A stretch of DNA of 63,420 nucleotides, the filler included, from Dugesia japonica (taxonomy: Eukaryota), in the NCBI GenBank assembly GCA_001938525.1. It is 6 parts of 6 records of this genome, joined end to end, with 100 filler letters (N's around TTAATTAATTAA, not from the genome) between each part and the next. Parts side by side here need not be neighbours in the genome. Positions count along the whole stretch, not along the records: positions 36,291 to 46,307 come from MQRL01403954.1; positions 46,408 to 54,590 come from MQRL01452896.1; 4 more parts are not named here. One strand, 5' to 3'. Of this stretch, positions 40,270 through 53,500 are shown one piece after another. Numbering within the stretch: the first letter of the stretch is position 1; every line of letters starts with the position of its first letter. The notes under the pieces were generated by a model. It was not told where the DNA came from. It searched no databases and saw only the letters and a list, made by a program, of their open reading frames with translations. Made by a program: the position numbers and the translations under genes.

Positions 40270-40660
40270 CTAAAACAAATTTTGATTTAAAAGAATATTC
40301 TATTCAATTAAATTTACTTGTTAAAATATTATTGAAAGATGAGCTTTATAAATTAAAGACAACCAAAAAACATAACGTAATTATTAATTATCAAAGCCCT
40401 AATAAAAACAGTTCTCATTGGGTTTGTTTTAAAGCGGCCTTCAGCCTAGAGCAAAGCTCGACCAAATATATATATTTTGATTCATATGGTTTTCAACCTA
40501 CAGATGAAGTAGAAGCTTTTTTAAATAAAGATTATTTTTATGACAAAATATAAGTACAACCTAATAATACAAATATATGTGGTATATTATGTCTTTATGC
40601 TTAATACATGTAAAACAATACAGATATTTCTTTTCATAAAATTATTGATTCTTTTTACTC
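40270..40660 (+). pseudogene. Adenain-type (C5) cysteine maturation protease
   Basis: TNFDL...KDEL...IINYQSPNKNSSHWVCF...YIYFDSYGFQP...VQPNNTNICGILCLY: His, Asp, Gln and Cys motifs in the expected order. Confidence 0.85.
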
Positions 40661-40688
40661 AGATTTGGAAAGTAATTTATCGACAAAA

Positions 40689-41100
40689 ATGAGTACTTTT
40701 AGTCCTGCAAGCAAATCTAGTTCAACTTTTCAGTTAAATGATTTTAATTTAGAAGATGCTATTAAATATACTGAAGCTAAATTAGCTAAACCTTTAGAAT
40801 ACAAGTTAAATAATAAAATTACTAATGAGATAAATAATCTTGATAAAAATTATATAAATGAATTGGATGATAAATAGAAAATCTAGAAGTTATTCAAGAA
40901 CCTAAAACTGATAATGATTTTGTAAATAATAAATATTTAAAGAAATATACTGATCAAATTAAAAAGGATATGGATAATAAAATAAATTTTAGAATAGATT
41001 CACTTATTACTAGAGTGAATGAAATAATTAAATCTAAAATAACAAATTTTAAAATTAAATTAGATAAAGAAATTAAAGATCTAATAAATCTAATAAAGAT
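40689..41100 (+). pseudogene. Polinton-associated coiled-coil/fibre-like ORF relic
   Basis: Follows the protease on the same strand; NLEVIQEPKTDNDFVNNKY resembles the I.NL..P....DAVNK.YVD motif of viral fibre-like proteins. Confidence 0.4.
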
Positions 41101-41160
41101 CTTAAGTCTAAATTCTTCGCTTTCTTTTCTGACGACAATTTTTAATTCGAGTCTACTTGT

Positions 41161-41749
41161 CGCCATTTTTATTTTCGGTACCCGGTGTTTCACCCTAACA
41201 AAATACTCTCTCTTCCGAAAAAATCCCGTTTTGGAATTTAACGCTCTTGTCTAATCGATTCTTTGTCTTGTCTCTTTATGGTTGTTCAATGTGCTTATTT
41301 GCTCTGATCGGTTTCCAGTCCACTGATGATTCCTAAACGACAATTATGATAACACTTAAATTCACATACACTCAGTAGGTCATACATTCATTTTGACTAC
41401 AGTAGTTTTAACAGTGTCTAAATTGATAGAGAGCACAAGATCAGTATATAACAACTAAGGATTAATCAGTACATCATACAACACTAGATATATACACGAA
41501 CCTTCTAATTCAACATACCACATCCATTACATGCTTTACATTATAAACCGATGTTTATAGTTAATTTATCATAAGTTCCTTTTGATTTATCAGACAAAGG
41601 TTCCTGTCATTCTACGAAGTGATGAATAGCGACTCTCATTGCTTTCTCCCGAATAGATTATTGAGCTGTCTGATTGTCCATTGAATAATTGGCTCTGGTA
41701 GATGGGGCTTATTATTGTAATCGGCTTTGTTGGTGCTGCTTTGTTCCAG
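41161..41749 (-). repeat. Diverged copy of 15-584 (C-terminus and 3' region of the large element's polyprotein)
   Basis: Colinear similarity; the minus frame LWNKAAPTKPITIISPIY...SNESRYSSLRRMTGTFV* is retained with synonymous changes. Confidence 0.9.
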
Positions 41750-44700
41750 AGGATGATAAATTAGAAACCCAAACCGTATGCATGATGATTTCCCAGCGCG
41801 CGAAACTTTTACAAAAAAGACTAAAAATAGACAGACGATGGGTAATTGCCATTATCGATACGGGAGCAAGTACGACGTTCGTCCACAAAAGAATATTAGA
41901 AGATTAACGACTACTCCGAATAACAATTACTAAAGGAGTTATCATCACAGCCTCTGGAGAAAATATCTTACCCGTTGCGAAAGCAATATGTGCAATAGAA
42001 AGTGACGGAATCCGTCTATGGCATAAACTACAAATAATGAATGAACTAACTTTCGATTGCTTATTGGGACTGGATCTCTTACCACGACTATGCCCACAGG
42101 GAATATTAGATTTGAGGAAACTAACGATACGGGAAAATCATGATCGAGAATATGCGCCAGTAGGTTATCAGAAAAGTCGAATAATAACGAAACAAAAACG
42201 ACCACAGCAGTAGAATCAACCAACTTCCAAACAACAACCGCGACTCTCATCAGGCAGAGGTGAGCAAAATAACTCAAACTGAGATCGTTGAAAAACTTCC
42301 GACATATCCACCATGATAAGAAACTATTGGATAAGGTTTCAGGAACGAGAACTAAGATGGAAAAACAAATAACAACCTAACACCAATCGTAACCCTTCGG
42401 AGGTGGTATGCGCAAGTCTCAACGCTGGACTTGAATTAACAATTACGGTTAAAATCAACGGTAGACCTACAACGGCATAATTAGACACAGGAGCAAAAAT
42501 CTCGTTGTTATCAATAGAAGAAATCGCAATAACAGAATATAAAAACATATTACCCACTAATACCACGGCAGATGTGGCAAACAGAAGCAGTCTTAAAATT
42601 TTCGGGAATTAGATTGTGAAGTAGAATAAAAGGACAAGAAAATTAAACACAATATGATAATAGTAGAGATAGCAGGACAGTGTATTTTGGGTACGGATAT
42701 TCTCCCAATTTTAATGAAAAATGGAATACTAAATTTCTCAACGCTACGGTTACAATCCCGTGAATAGTTTACTCACATTAAAGATCACGAAGTATTCACA
42801 ACAGAAGAGATCTTGGTGCCTAGTAGATGCCAAGTATATTGTGTAGTAAGTAACAAAAGTGTATACGAATGCGATAGTGTTTTTGAACCTTATGACGGAT
42901 TTGCACAACAGTATGAGTTACCTACATTAGGAGGAATAATCACGGTCAATAAAAACGGAGAAGTACCAGTGAGCTTGTTCAACTTCACTGAGAAAGATAT
43001 CACAATAAAACCGAATTCTAAGATGGGTACACTAACTCCCATTTAACTAGATACTAACGAGATAGAAGAAGTAATTGTCGAACCGGTAATAGATAGGACT
43101 TGAAAATTGTGGAAACAGAAACACTATCAGATGATCAAAAACAGGCAATGTTACAATTCTTGGAAGAATTCAGAGATATTTTTGCATGGACTGATGAAGA
43201 ACCAGGTATGTGTACAGCTACAATGCACACAATTTCCTTAACAGACGAAATCCCAAGCAAATAGAAACCATATGCCATGACAGTGGAGAAAAAAAAGTTT
43301 GCAAACAAAGAAACGGCTAAATTAGTAAAAATCGGTGTGATAGAACCCAGTTGCTCACCATGGCAGTCCCCATTGATGTCAGTGGATAAAAAAGACGGGA
43401 CACAGCGGTTCTGTATCGATTTCAGAAGGTTAAATGTGGAAACTAAAAAAGGTACGTATCCACTACCAGACATCAATGAGTTGTTACAGTTACTGCGTAA
43501 CGCTAAAATATTCACCACATTGGATTTGCAAAGCGGATATTAACAGATACAAATTAAACAAAAGGATAGGGAAAAACAGCTTTTTCCAGGGGCAAGGATT
43601 TGTACCAATTTATCCGTATGCCATACAGGCTTACAAATGCATCAGCTTCTTTTCAACGAATGATGAATTATATAACTCATGGTATATCTCAATGTATGGC
43701 CTATAATGACGATCTATTGATCTATTAACCAACATTTGAAGGACATTTCAATGATTTACGTAGTGTGTTTATCCGTTTGCAAAAATGGAACTTGAAATAT
43801 AAACCTACCAAGTGATAATGGGCTAAGAATAAGGTAACGTACCTCGTACATTTTATATCGGACAAAGGAAAAGAGCCTGATCCTCGAAATACTGAGAAAA
43901 TACGAAATCTAGCACCGCCAAATTGTGTGCTTAAAATACAAGAATTTCTCGGCCTCGCAAACTAATATCACAAATTCCTTAAGGATTTTGCTAAAATTGC
44001 GAAACCGATGCAGGAATTGGTCAAATAATATACTGCATTTATATGGGGATTAGAGCAACAACAATCATTTGAGACATTACGAGATAAATTATTATTTGTA
44101 CCAATTCTAATGCATCCGGATTTCAAAAAACTATTCATATTAGCCACTGACGCTAGTATTTATGCGATTGGCGCTGTATTAAGCCAACTAGATGAATAAG
44201 GGAGGGAAAGAGTGATAGCATATTTTAGCAAGAAATTTCAAGGAGCAGAGTTAAATTACAGCAATTCAGAACGCGATATAATGGCTATTGTGAAAGCTAC
44301 CAAACATTTTCGATCACTTATACATGGTCACGAGGTGTTAATCTATACGGATCACTTACAAATCCCATTCATAACTTAGAAATCATTACGATGGAATAGA
44401 ATGGAAAAATGGCAGCTAGCAATGCATGATTATTGTCCTCTGTTTAAGTTTAAAATGGGTAAAGTGAACTCAAATGCTGACTGTCTGTCGAGAATCGGGA
44501 ACCAGAAGTTACTAAAACAAGCACAGGCTGATGGTGAGGAGATCAAGAGCATCACGAAATATATGGAAAGTTACTATTTAGAGACGTTAGAATGCGAACC
44601 CAAGATGAAAGAGCACTTAAAGAAAAACGGCGGTCATTATGCATTTAACAAATAATGGTTGACCGCTCAGGATGGAGAAGATACCATGTTAGGTATCGCT

Positions 44701-45560
44701 AAAGCAAGACGGGATAAATTACTCGAACAATATCATAATGGCATACTAGGAGAACACATGTCCCATAAGAAAACCGAGTCAAAATTAAGACAGAAATATT
44801 ACTGGCCACACATAATGGAATCTGTGAGGGAATGGATTGCCAAATGTCAAATATGTGCTGCCAGACGAGGAACAGGCAAACGAGTGAAGGCACTATTAAA
44901 GCCAATAGCTGTACCTGCCACACCTATGGAAATAATAGCTATGGAGGTAGTTGGATAATTACCACCAACATTGAGTGGAAACATTTATATACTAACAATT
45001 ATGAATTACTTGTAGAAATTTCCCGAAGAATTCCCGATGAAGAACCAAAAAGCAACCACCATAGCGGATATTTTAGTACGAAATGTTTTCAGCAGATATG
45101 GCACACCCAAGAAAAGATTGACCGATCAAGGGAAAAATTTCATGAGCACTATATTAGCAGAGATATCGAACTTCATCAAAAAACACCAGTTACGGACATC
45201 GCTGTATCATCCACAAACAGATGGATTAACGGAAATATTTAATATAACTTTGATCTATATGCTACCTAGTTATGCTCAGAAGGAACAAAATAATTAGGAT
45301 AAAAATATTCCAGCTACTAAATATACTCCTTTTAGATTGATGTACGGAAGAGAATGTAATATGCCAATTGATTAAGAATTTAAACCACCAATAAAGCAAA
45401 ACCAGGACAAAACGAATTTTGCCGAAATTTCAAAGAGACGATGCAGCAAATCTAGAAACCGTCTAAAGAAAATGTAGGATTTTATCAAGAAAGTTACAAG
45501 GACCTCCACGATAAAATGGCAATGCAACATTCCCTTAAAAAAGGCGACATTGTGTTGATA
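41750..45560 (+). mobile_element. pol: Decayed Ty3/Gypsy pol: protease, second protease, dUTPase-like linker, RT, RNase H, integrase
   Basis: IIDTGAS..LLGLDLL (41830-42080); LDTGAK..CILGTDIL (42440-42710); SPWQSPLMSVDKKDGTQRFCIDFRRLN, TLDLQSGY, AYNDDLL; LATDASIYAIGAVLSQ; H..GEH..YYWP..CQICA; LTDQGKNF, YHPQTDGLTE. Confidence 0.92.
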
Positions 45561-45563
45561 TAT

Positions 45564-46307
45564 AGTAGGGGGATAGTAGCGCACTGTGGCAATTTTTTTA
45601 CGCAGTTATAGAGATCAAATTTTGATCAGATCGATTTTTTGTGATCAAAATTTTTGATCGGATCAATTTTTTTAATCATTATTTTTATCTTTTTTTTAAT
45701 TTTTTTTTAATATTTTTTTTAATCTTTTTTTTTATCTTTTGTTAAACTTTTTTTTTGGACTTTTTTGTTTTAATTAACGGACTTTTTTGTTTTAAAATTT
45801 GAACTTTTTTGTTTTAAATAATGAAAATGGTTTGTTTTAATTAATTAACTAGAATTTTGTTGGTATTTAAAATTTTATTAATTTTTTTTTGGGATTAGGA
45901 GGGGGGAAATTTTAATTTTGTGAGAAGACTTTATATTTATGTATGAGATGGGGCAGTCTTGATATTTTGGAAGCGAAGTATTTATAATTTGCATAGAATG
46001 GTGAGGATATCTGTTTAATATAATTAAATTAAATTAAATTTAATTTAGTTAAATTTAATTTAATTTAATTAAATGTAATTTAATTTAATTAAATTAAATT
46101 TTAAATTAATTTAATTAAATTTTAAATTAATTTAATTTTAAATTAATTTAATTAAATTAAATTACATTTAATTACATTTAATTGAATTAAATTTAATTAA
46201 ATTGATTTACTTATGTATGAAATGGACAGTCTTGATATTTTGCAAAAGGTGGGAAGTCTTTATCTATATGCATGGTATGGGCAGTCTCTCTCTCTCTCTC
46301 TCTCTCT
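45564..46307 (+). mobile_element. Polinton-like left terminus interrupting the end of the Gypsy integrase; contains an AATTT/AATTA simple repeat and (CT)n
   Basis: Starts AGTAGGGGGATAGTAGCGCACTG; subterminal TTTTGATCAGATC motifs shared with ~20935-20965. Confidence 0.6.
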
Positions 46308-46407
46308 NNNNNNNNNNNNNNNNNNNNNNNNNNNNNNNNNNNNNNNNNNNNTTAATTAATTAANNNNNNNNNNNNNNNNNNNNNNNNNNNNNNNNNNNNN
46401 NNNNNNN
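46308..46407. other. Artificial contig-join linker
   Basis: N44-TTAATTAATTAA-N44. Confidence 0.97.
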
Positions 46408-46429
46408 TAGATTTAATATACGGTCATAT

Positions 46430-46700
46430 TTCAAGTGATCTTGGTTACGATTTTAACGAAAAAGTTTCTTCAAACCTAACTTTTAAATTGTCGAAATGAT
46501 TAAAAATGATCGACTCCGCTCAAGAAAAATTTGCTGTAATTGATGACCAATCAGATGAGAAGTTTAAATTTACACAGAATGTTTTGTCGAAGGTTAGTCG
46601 CTATCGGAATACGTACCTAAAATTAAAAGAACCGGCAATTCAAACAACTCTTGAAAAAATTTTCAAACCAATTCNAGGTCGTAATGATGATGAAAGTTAA
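46430..46700 (+). mobile_element. Possible C-terminus of a pogo/Tigger-like transposase
   Basis: ..YRNTYLKLKEPAIQTTLEKIFKP resembles the QTTL..FF tail of these proteins; weak. Confidence 0.3.
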
Positions 46701-47359
46701 TCGGATGTCTTTGCATACTATTTATTTGAGTGAGGTCGATCCAACATAAATTTCAGAACATAAAAATCATTTCATTAAGATTTGAGAGTTCAATTTCAAA
46801 GTTATTTTTTTAAACTTCGTCATTATTTAACAATTGAAATGTGATTTTTTGAATTTCATTGAAATGAATTGAAATAAAATGATAGATATATAAAGATATT
46901 ATACAAAACAAAAACTTCAAAAAAATCTTTTTTTAACTTTGGAACCAATCTTTTGATTTTCAGTGTATTTATATGAAAAATGGAGTTTCGTTTTGCGTGG
47001 TTTTTTGTTTTCAAGATGTTTCTCCGGTTCCAGTTAATCACGCAAACTGAGGTATTAGTATATTTGTATAAAATTTATTTTTGAAATATACATTTAATTA
47101 TTTTAATAAACTCAAATAAATGGAGATGGCTATAATTAGTAGAAAAATTAATAATTTACTCGGAGGAATTGTAAAAATAGATTTAAAATAAGTGATATCA
47201 AGAAATTTTAATATTGATTTGTTTGAATTCAATAGTAGACTTAATTGTGATTTGAATTTTAAAAATCCAAATTAAAATATTAAAATTTTAGTAATTTGAA
47301 TTTTGGTTAATAAATAAATTTAAAATAAATATTTTATTTCTTAAAATTTTCTCAGACTG

Positions 47360-49317
47360 ATGACGAAATTTAAAATAGAAAATGTTTGGGAAATCTTAAA
47401 AAAATTTGATTTCAATAAAGAAAATGAAATAGAAAGCGATATATCGTGTTTATTATGTAAGAAATTGTTAATTAACGCTCACATTTCGCCTTGCGCATGT
47501 AGATTTTGTTTTGATTGTATTTCTAAATATCTTAATAAAGAGAATAAAGTATGTCCAGGAAACGCAGATGATTGTAAAAATGAATTACTTGGTTTAAATG
47601 AAAACATTGTTATTGATCACGCAGTAAATATTAGAATTTCGAAATTAAATGTAAAATGTCCAGTAAAATCATGCGACTTTAAATGTGAATTGAGAAATAT
47701 TGAGGATCACATTCGAATTTGTAATTATCTATCTATGCGTTGTCCATATTTGAAAATTGGATGCAATTCATCTAATATGCATGCTGGAAATGTAAACGAG
47801 CATTTACAATTAGAAATTGAGAAGCACACAAATTTATTGATTGATTGGATTGATAATTTGAATAATGAAATTGGAAGATTGAAAATAATAGTTGATAAAT
47901 TAGGAGAGGAAAATAAATTGTTAAAATGTGAAATAAATGAAATGAAAATAGATGGAGAAAAGAAACAAGTAATAATATTGATTATATTTATATTGGTTAT
48001 TTATGAATATATTTCAGGAGAAATGTGATGAACAAATGAGAGAAATCGATTTTTTGAATGAAGACATGGTGGCATTGAGAAATGTAGATAAATACACGAG
48101 AGATGATGTAGATGAATTGACATTGGATGGAAAGAAAAAACAAGTGGAAATATTGATGTAATATTTATCTTTATGATATTGCAGATAGAAATTGATAAAT
48201 TAAACAAGAAATTACAAGAAATTGAATCGAAATTTGAAATAGAAAGCAAATCAAAGATTGAAAAAGAATTTGATAAATTAAAATTGAATGGAGAGAGAAA
48301 AGAAGTGAAGAGATCGAATATTGATATTTGTGTTGATAATTTGTTTATATTTCAGAAAGAATGTGCTGAGCAAACTGATAAAATTAATTTATTGAATGCA
48401 GAAATTGAAAAGTTGAGAAATGTTGATAAATGTATGAGAGAAGATGTGGAAAAATTGAAATTGGATGGAGAGAGAAACAAAGTGATTATTTTATGAAAAT
48501 AATTTGTGATAAAAATATTTCAGAAATCTATTGAAACATTGGAAAAGAAATGTGAGCAACAGAATAAAGAACAAATTGAACAATTAAACAAGAAATATCG
48601 AGAAATAGAAAACAAATTTGTCAATATAAAGCAAGAGAGAGAAATTAAAGAAGTAAAATTAGTTTGTAATATTGAAAAATAAATATAAAAATAAAATTCA
48701 AATTATTTCAGAAAGATTCGATGAGAAATGAAATCAATGAAATGAAAAACAAACAAACTGAGATGAGGATAATGTGGAATAGAATTGATCAAACAATGAA
48801 AAATGTCGAGAATAAATTATTGGAAATAGAAATAAGCAATCAAAACAAAATGAATTATGGAGAATTTGTGTGGAGAATCGATAAAATCAATGATAAAATG
48901 AAAGATGCAAAAAATGGTATCAACACAGAAATTTACAGTGAATCATTTTATACACACAAACATGGATATAAAATGTGTTTGCGAGTGGATCCTGATGGAA
49001 ATCGTGTTGGCAAGGGCACTCACTTATCNGTTTACTTTTGCTTGATGAAAGGGAAATTTGATGATATTTTGAAATGGCCATTCAAATATGCTGTGACAAT
49101 CTCATTGGTCAATCAACAAACTACACTTGATCATGTAAGTGACACAATAAAATTTGATGATTTGCCAGATGTTGAATGTTACAATAAACCAATTATTGAA
49201 AGAAATCGTGGAATGGGATTTCACCAGTTGATAGAATTGCAAGAATTATCAAAAAACGCAAATCTGACTCGCAGCAATCAAATATTTATCAAATGTTCTG
49301 TAAATATTTCATCTTGA
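47360..49317 (+). CDS. TNF receptor-associated factor (TRAF) family protein, ~571 aa; exons 47360-47968, 48018-48143, 48185-48304, 48356-48481, 48524-48652, 48712-49317
   Basis: RING CLLCKKLL..AHISPCACRFCFDCI..CP; TRAF Zn fingers CPVKSC..HIRIC and CPYLKIGC..EHL; coiled coil; MATH FVWRI..YSESFYTHKHGYKMCLR..GKGTHL..DDILKWPF. All introns are GT-AG, phase 0, 41-59 nt. Confidence 0.93.
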
Positions 49318-49799
49318 CATCATTTTATGATTTGTTTTAATTTGCATCATTTTTATTTGTAAAATTCGTTCAAAATTAATTTTTATTGTTATTGTAGAAA
49401 ATGTTCTCATTTAATTTATTGATTTATTCACAATTCGCACTAAAGTAGAATTATATGCGTTGTGAACAGAAAGAAAATCAAGCAAACCGATTAAAATTAA
49501 TGTTTCATTTAGAAAATAAGTAAAACGAAACTCAAGCATACAACTAGCTTATCTCATCTATTATTATCTATTGTTAGCAAGATCAAATTCAAATAGAGAT
49601 CAAACTGGATAAAATTTGAACAAATAAAAAACTGAAAGAAAATGAAATTAACAAATTATCAATCGATAAATGCGAGAGCAATTAAATTTACCTGAATTGA
49701 TCATGATCTTGTTAGACAGCACTCATTTCAAAATAAACAATTTTATTTTCAATAAAAACTCTTCAAAAAATTGTTTCGCTACAAATAAACATTATCGAA

Positions 49800-50560
49800 T
49801 TAATCGCATTTGCATATCGAGTGTGATGATAAGTATCGGTGGAGTGGAGTTGGAATATTTTTTTGTACACGGAAGGACACATTAATGTGATCAGCGAAAA
49901 ATGATTAGATAGATGGCCAGAAACGAGGGTAACACTTAATAAGATGAATTTGCATTGTGCTAATGATAGTAGCTTGGTTACCAAAGGGAAGGAGTGACTG
50001 GAGGTCCAATTAGGTGAGTGCATATCTGGATACTATGGATATTATTGAAGGGTTAAATTTCAAACGTATATTTGGATTCCAGTTACTTTAAGTAAAGCAA
50101 TCATCTAGATCTATGGAGAAAGTAAAATTTGTAGAAAACATTGAAGCGAAATTCTCGAAGTAAAACAAGTTATTGAGATGCTGGAGGAAGTGTTTACAAG
50201 TTATTGGTAGACTGCGAATAGAATATGAGATACACATACATTGTGAAACAGAATTGTGACAAATGTGAAGCCATTAAAGATAAAACCTTATAGGATTCCA
50301 ATGCATTTGGAGAATCACATGGAAGAGACAGTTTGAAATTTGTTAGAAACGGTAACATTTAGAAAATTAATTTACCTTCGAATGCACCAGTAGTGTACAT
50401 ATCGAAGGAGAAAAAATATGTAGATTTTAGAATACGACCAAGTAAAAACAGAACAATACTCGCAAGAAAAGTGAGTCTTTTCAACGAAATACGAGCGGTA
50501 CTGTTTTAAGCTAATGGTTTTCGGCATAGCAGTCATCTGGATACTTTTCAGGAAATGATG
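49800..50560 (+). mobile_element. Highly decayed Gypsy protease-RT fragment
   Basis: ISIGGVELEY..INVISEK..LHCANDSSL; IKDKPYRIPMHLENHMEE..SNAPVV. Confidence 0.6.
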
Positions 50561-53500
50561 GGAAATTTAAAAAGCATATTTAAAATTTGGAAAAATTAAA
50601 GTCGATTCGCCGAACATTATAAAATTCTGAAATTAATTTTATTAATATGAAAAAAGTGAAAAATACAAGGTCAAAAATAACAAAATTACTTAAAATTATA
50701 TCATCAATGTATTAGTTTGGAAAACTCAACTGCGGTTATTAAAAATGTTAGAAGGGCATTTAAATATTATAAAAATTATCAAATAATTCATTAATGTATT
50801 TCATAACAAACTAATTCGGAATAACCTGAAGTATAAGCATCATCAAATTAGTAGAAATCATAATAAGTAGCAAAAATAAATAAAATACTTACTCCATCCC
50901 ATAAAAATTAGGTTTTTTAAAAAATTAAAAAACGAAGAAAATTTGTATATTTCAAATATATACGAGATAAAATATTAATATTAATCATTTATGAGTAACA
51001 TTGACAGCCACTCTTCTTGAAGCAATAATCTGGTTAACGAATTGAGATTTTGTCTCGAAGAGAAGATGTATGGATTTTTCCTTATGTTAGATCTTGTGAA
51101 GAGAAATAAAAATTTATTATTTATTTAATCTGACTCCAAATTCTACTTCGAAAAATTATATGCGCGTAAGGTTATAAATATAATTTAGAATAATAATAAA
51201 TAAGTAAGATAACAATTATGTTTTATAAAAACTTTATTTAAATAAATCAAATATATATATAAAACAAAAACTAATAAAAATTACAATTAATAATAATGCG
51301 ATTGATTTTACGGATTTAATGAGAACCGCTCTATTTTGATTTTAATTGCAGAAAAAAATACCGGTATTACAATACCGTCCTAATAAGTGACACGTATTAA
51401 CTCAAGATGTATATTATTTAAAATGGATTTTTTAACAAAACCCAGATAATAATTCAGTGTCTAAACCAGTGTGTTATTATCTAATAAAATTTTAAGATTA
51501 ATAGAAACAAATAATAATCTTAACAGATTTATATTTGTTCTAAACAAATAAAAATAAAAATTTTGTCTTTACCTTTTACTGCTAGTAATTAGCTCTTAAA
51601 TTTTATTACTGCTTATTAGCCGAACTGCTAATTAAGCTTAAAATTTATGCCTGAAAACTACTGATTTTCAATCAGTATTTATACTAAATTTAATGANAAT
51701 GTGTGTTAATACGCATAAGAAAAAATTAAGAAAAATATTCATTATTACTAAATATAGTAATAATTTATTTCTCCATTAAGAAATCGATTAAGAAATACGG
51801 TGAAAAAATATTGATTAAGTTCTTATTATTTTGAGTTACTAAATTTAGTAATTTATAAATTTTTTTTATTAAATTGAATAACCTTGAACAAATTAATGGA
51901 TTGATAAGTTTAAACAAATAGAAATTTTTAATAAATTAAATAAAAATTTTATGACTAAATTAATAAATTAGATAAATTAATGTAAGCTTAGCTTACAACC
52001 CTAACACTTATTAGACCAAACTTCGGCTTCTAAAGTTATCCACAATACAATACACATACATTTTTGGCATCGCTTATTCTAGGAATGAAACATTCCAAGA
52101 TCATTGATGTTTAACTCAGGATATTGAGCGGGCTGGTTCATAGCAGTTACTATTGGAGTTAGGCTGTCTCAAAAAATGGTTTAATTTTTTTGCACGTTGC
52201 TAATACCAACATATGTATGATCATTATCCATTTGAATGAAAATATTTTCACACATATACTACTTGTTACAGACTGCAGGCATAATTTCTATATGCATCAA
52301 TTCCTAAAATGAGTCAGAAGTGCATTAGGTAAATGTGAGCGTACCAGATCATCCAATCGGTGTGGGAAGGTGATATCATGCGCTCACATTAACCGTTTGA
52401 TCTATTAATTATAGTGGATTTAATGATTTAAGAATTTTGAGCGCTTCAGATATTTGATCGGATCAAATTTGAAATTTATTTTTGATTTGTTTAAAAATCA
52501 AAGGAGATTTTTTTTAGGAATTTTAAAGTTTTTTTTGGTTTCTTTTGAATTTGTTTTGGCGGGGAAATGTTTTTGAAGATAATGATGGTACTGAAGGTAT
52601 TAAGGGTTGTTGGTATTGAGTGTGGAAAGTGCAGGTGTATTTTTGGGTGCAGAGCTTTAAAAGGGGTTTGTGTGTGATGAAAAAACGAAAAAATGTCAAA
52701 AAAGTGTGTCTAGGTGTGTGTATTTAGAGGGTTTGCTGATGGATTTTTTCTGGCTGTTGAAAGTTTTATGTATGTTGGTGAAAATGGGTCAGGGGGTTCC
52801 TGAATTGTGTGTGCAACATATCAGGATGATAAATTATCGCAAGTTTGATGTATGATGGAGTATAGTTTTGTGAGTTTATTTTGGATTTAAATTAGAGTTG
52901 GCTTGTTTAAAAGAAAGTAAGTGAGGGTAAGTGATGGTGTTACGAGAGTATTGATTTTTTGGAAGATTTGCAGTTAAGGGTTAATGTGTAGCGCGTGAGG
53001 GGTAAAAATAACTTTTATGAGATGATTATTATTTTTAGATAGTAGAGGGGATAGGGTAAAAATTAAAAGTATGGTTTTGAATTTTTGGGTGTGTGCGTGT
53101 GTTGGAATTTTTGAAAATCATAGTTTTTAAAGCTGGAGGGATTTTTTAAATTATTGTTATATTTTAATAGTTTGAGTAGTTTAAAAGATTCCCAGGCACG
53201 TGATTTTTGTGTGAATCTGTATTGCAGCTGTGTTTCAACTCTATTGTAATTATGTTGGGTTGAAACACAAAAAGGTCTGAATCAGGGACCTAAAATCGGC
53301 AACCACAGTAAGAGAATTAGTAGATAATAAACCACCAATTAATAATAACCACAGAATAAATAATTAAAAGAAGAAGATCGANAAAATTAAGTTAAAAAAC
53401 GAATCTGGAGACCATTATAATGAAGTTAACATTAATTATAATTAGGAGATTTATAATTTACTATCTAAAAGTGAAGTAAATTATATTAAAATATGATGGT

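Noticed and set aside
45564-45580. Polypurine tract and 3' LTR of the Gypsy pol
   Set aside because: The sequence matches the AGTAG..GATAGT.GCGCACTG terminus family, and no TG-starting LTR follows
53229-53270. Hairpin TGTGTTTCAAC...GTTGAAACACA resembling a CRISPR repeat or an LTR start (TGTTGGG)
   Set aside because: Single occurrence, no array, and no similarity seen to the other LTR copies
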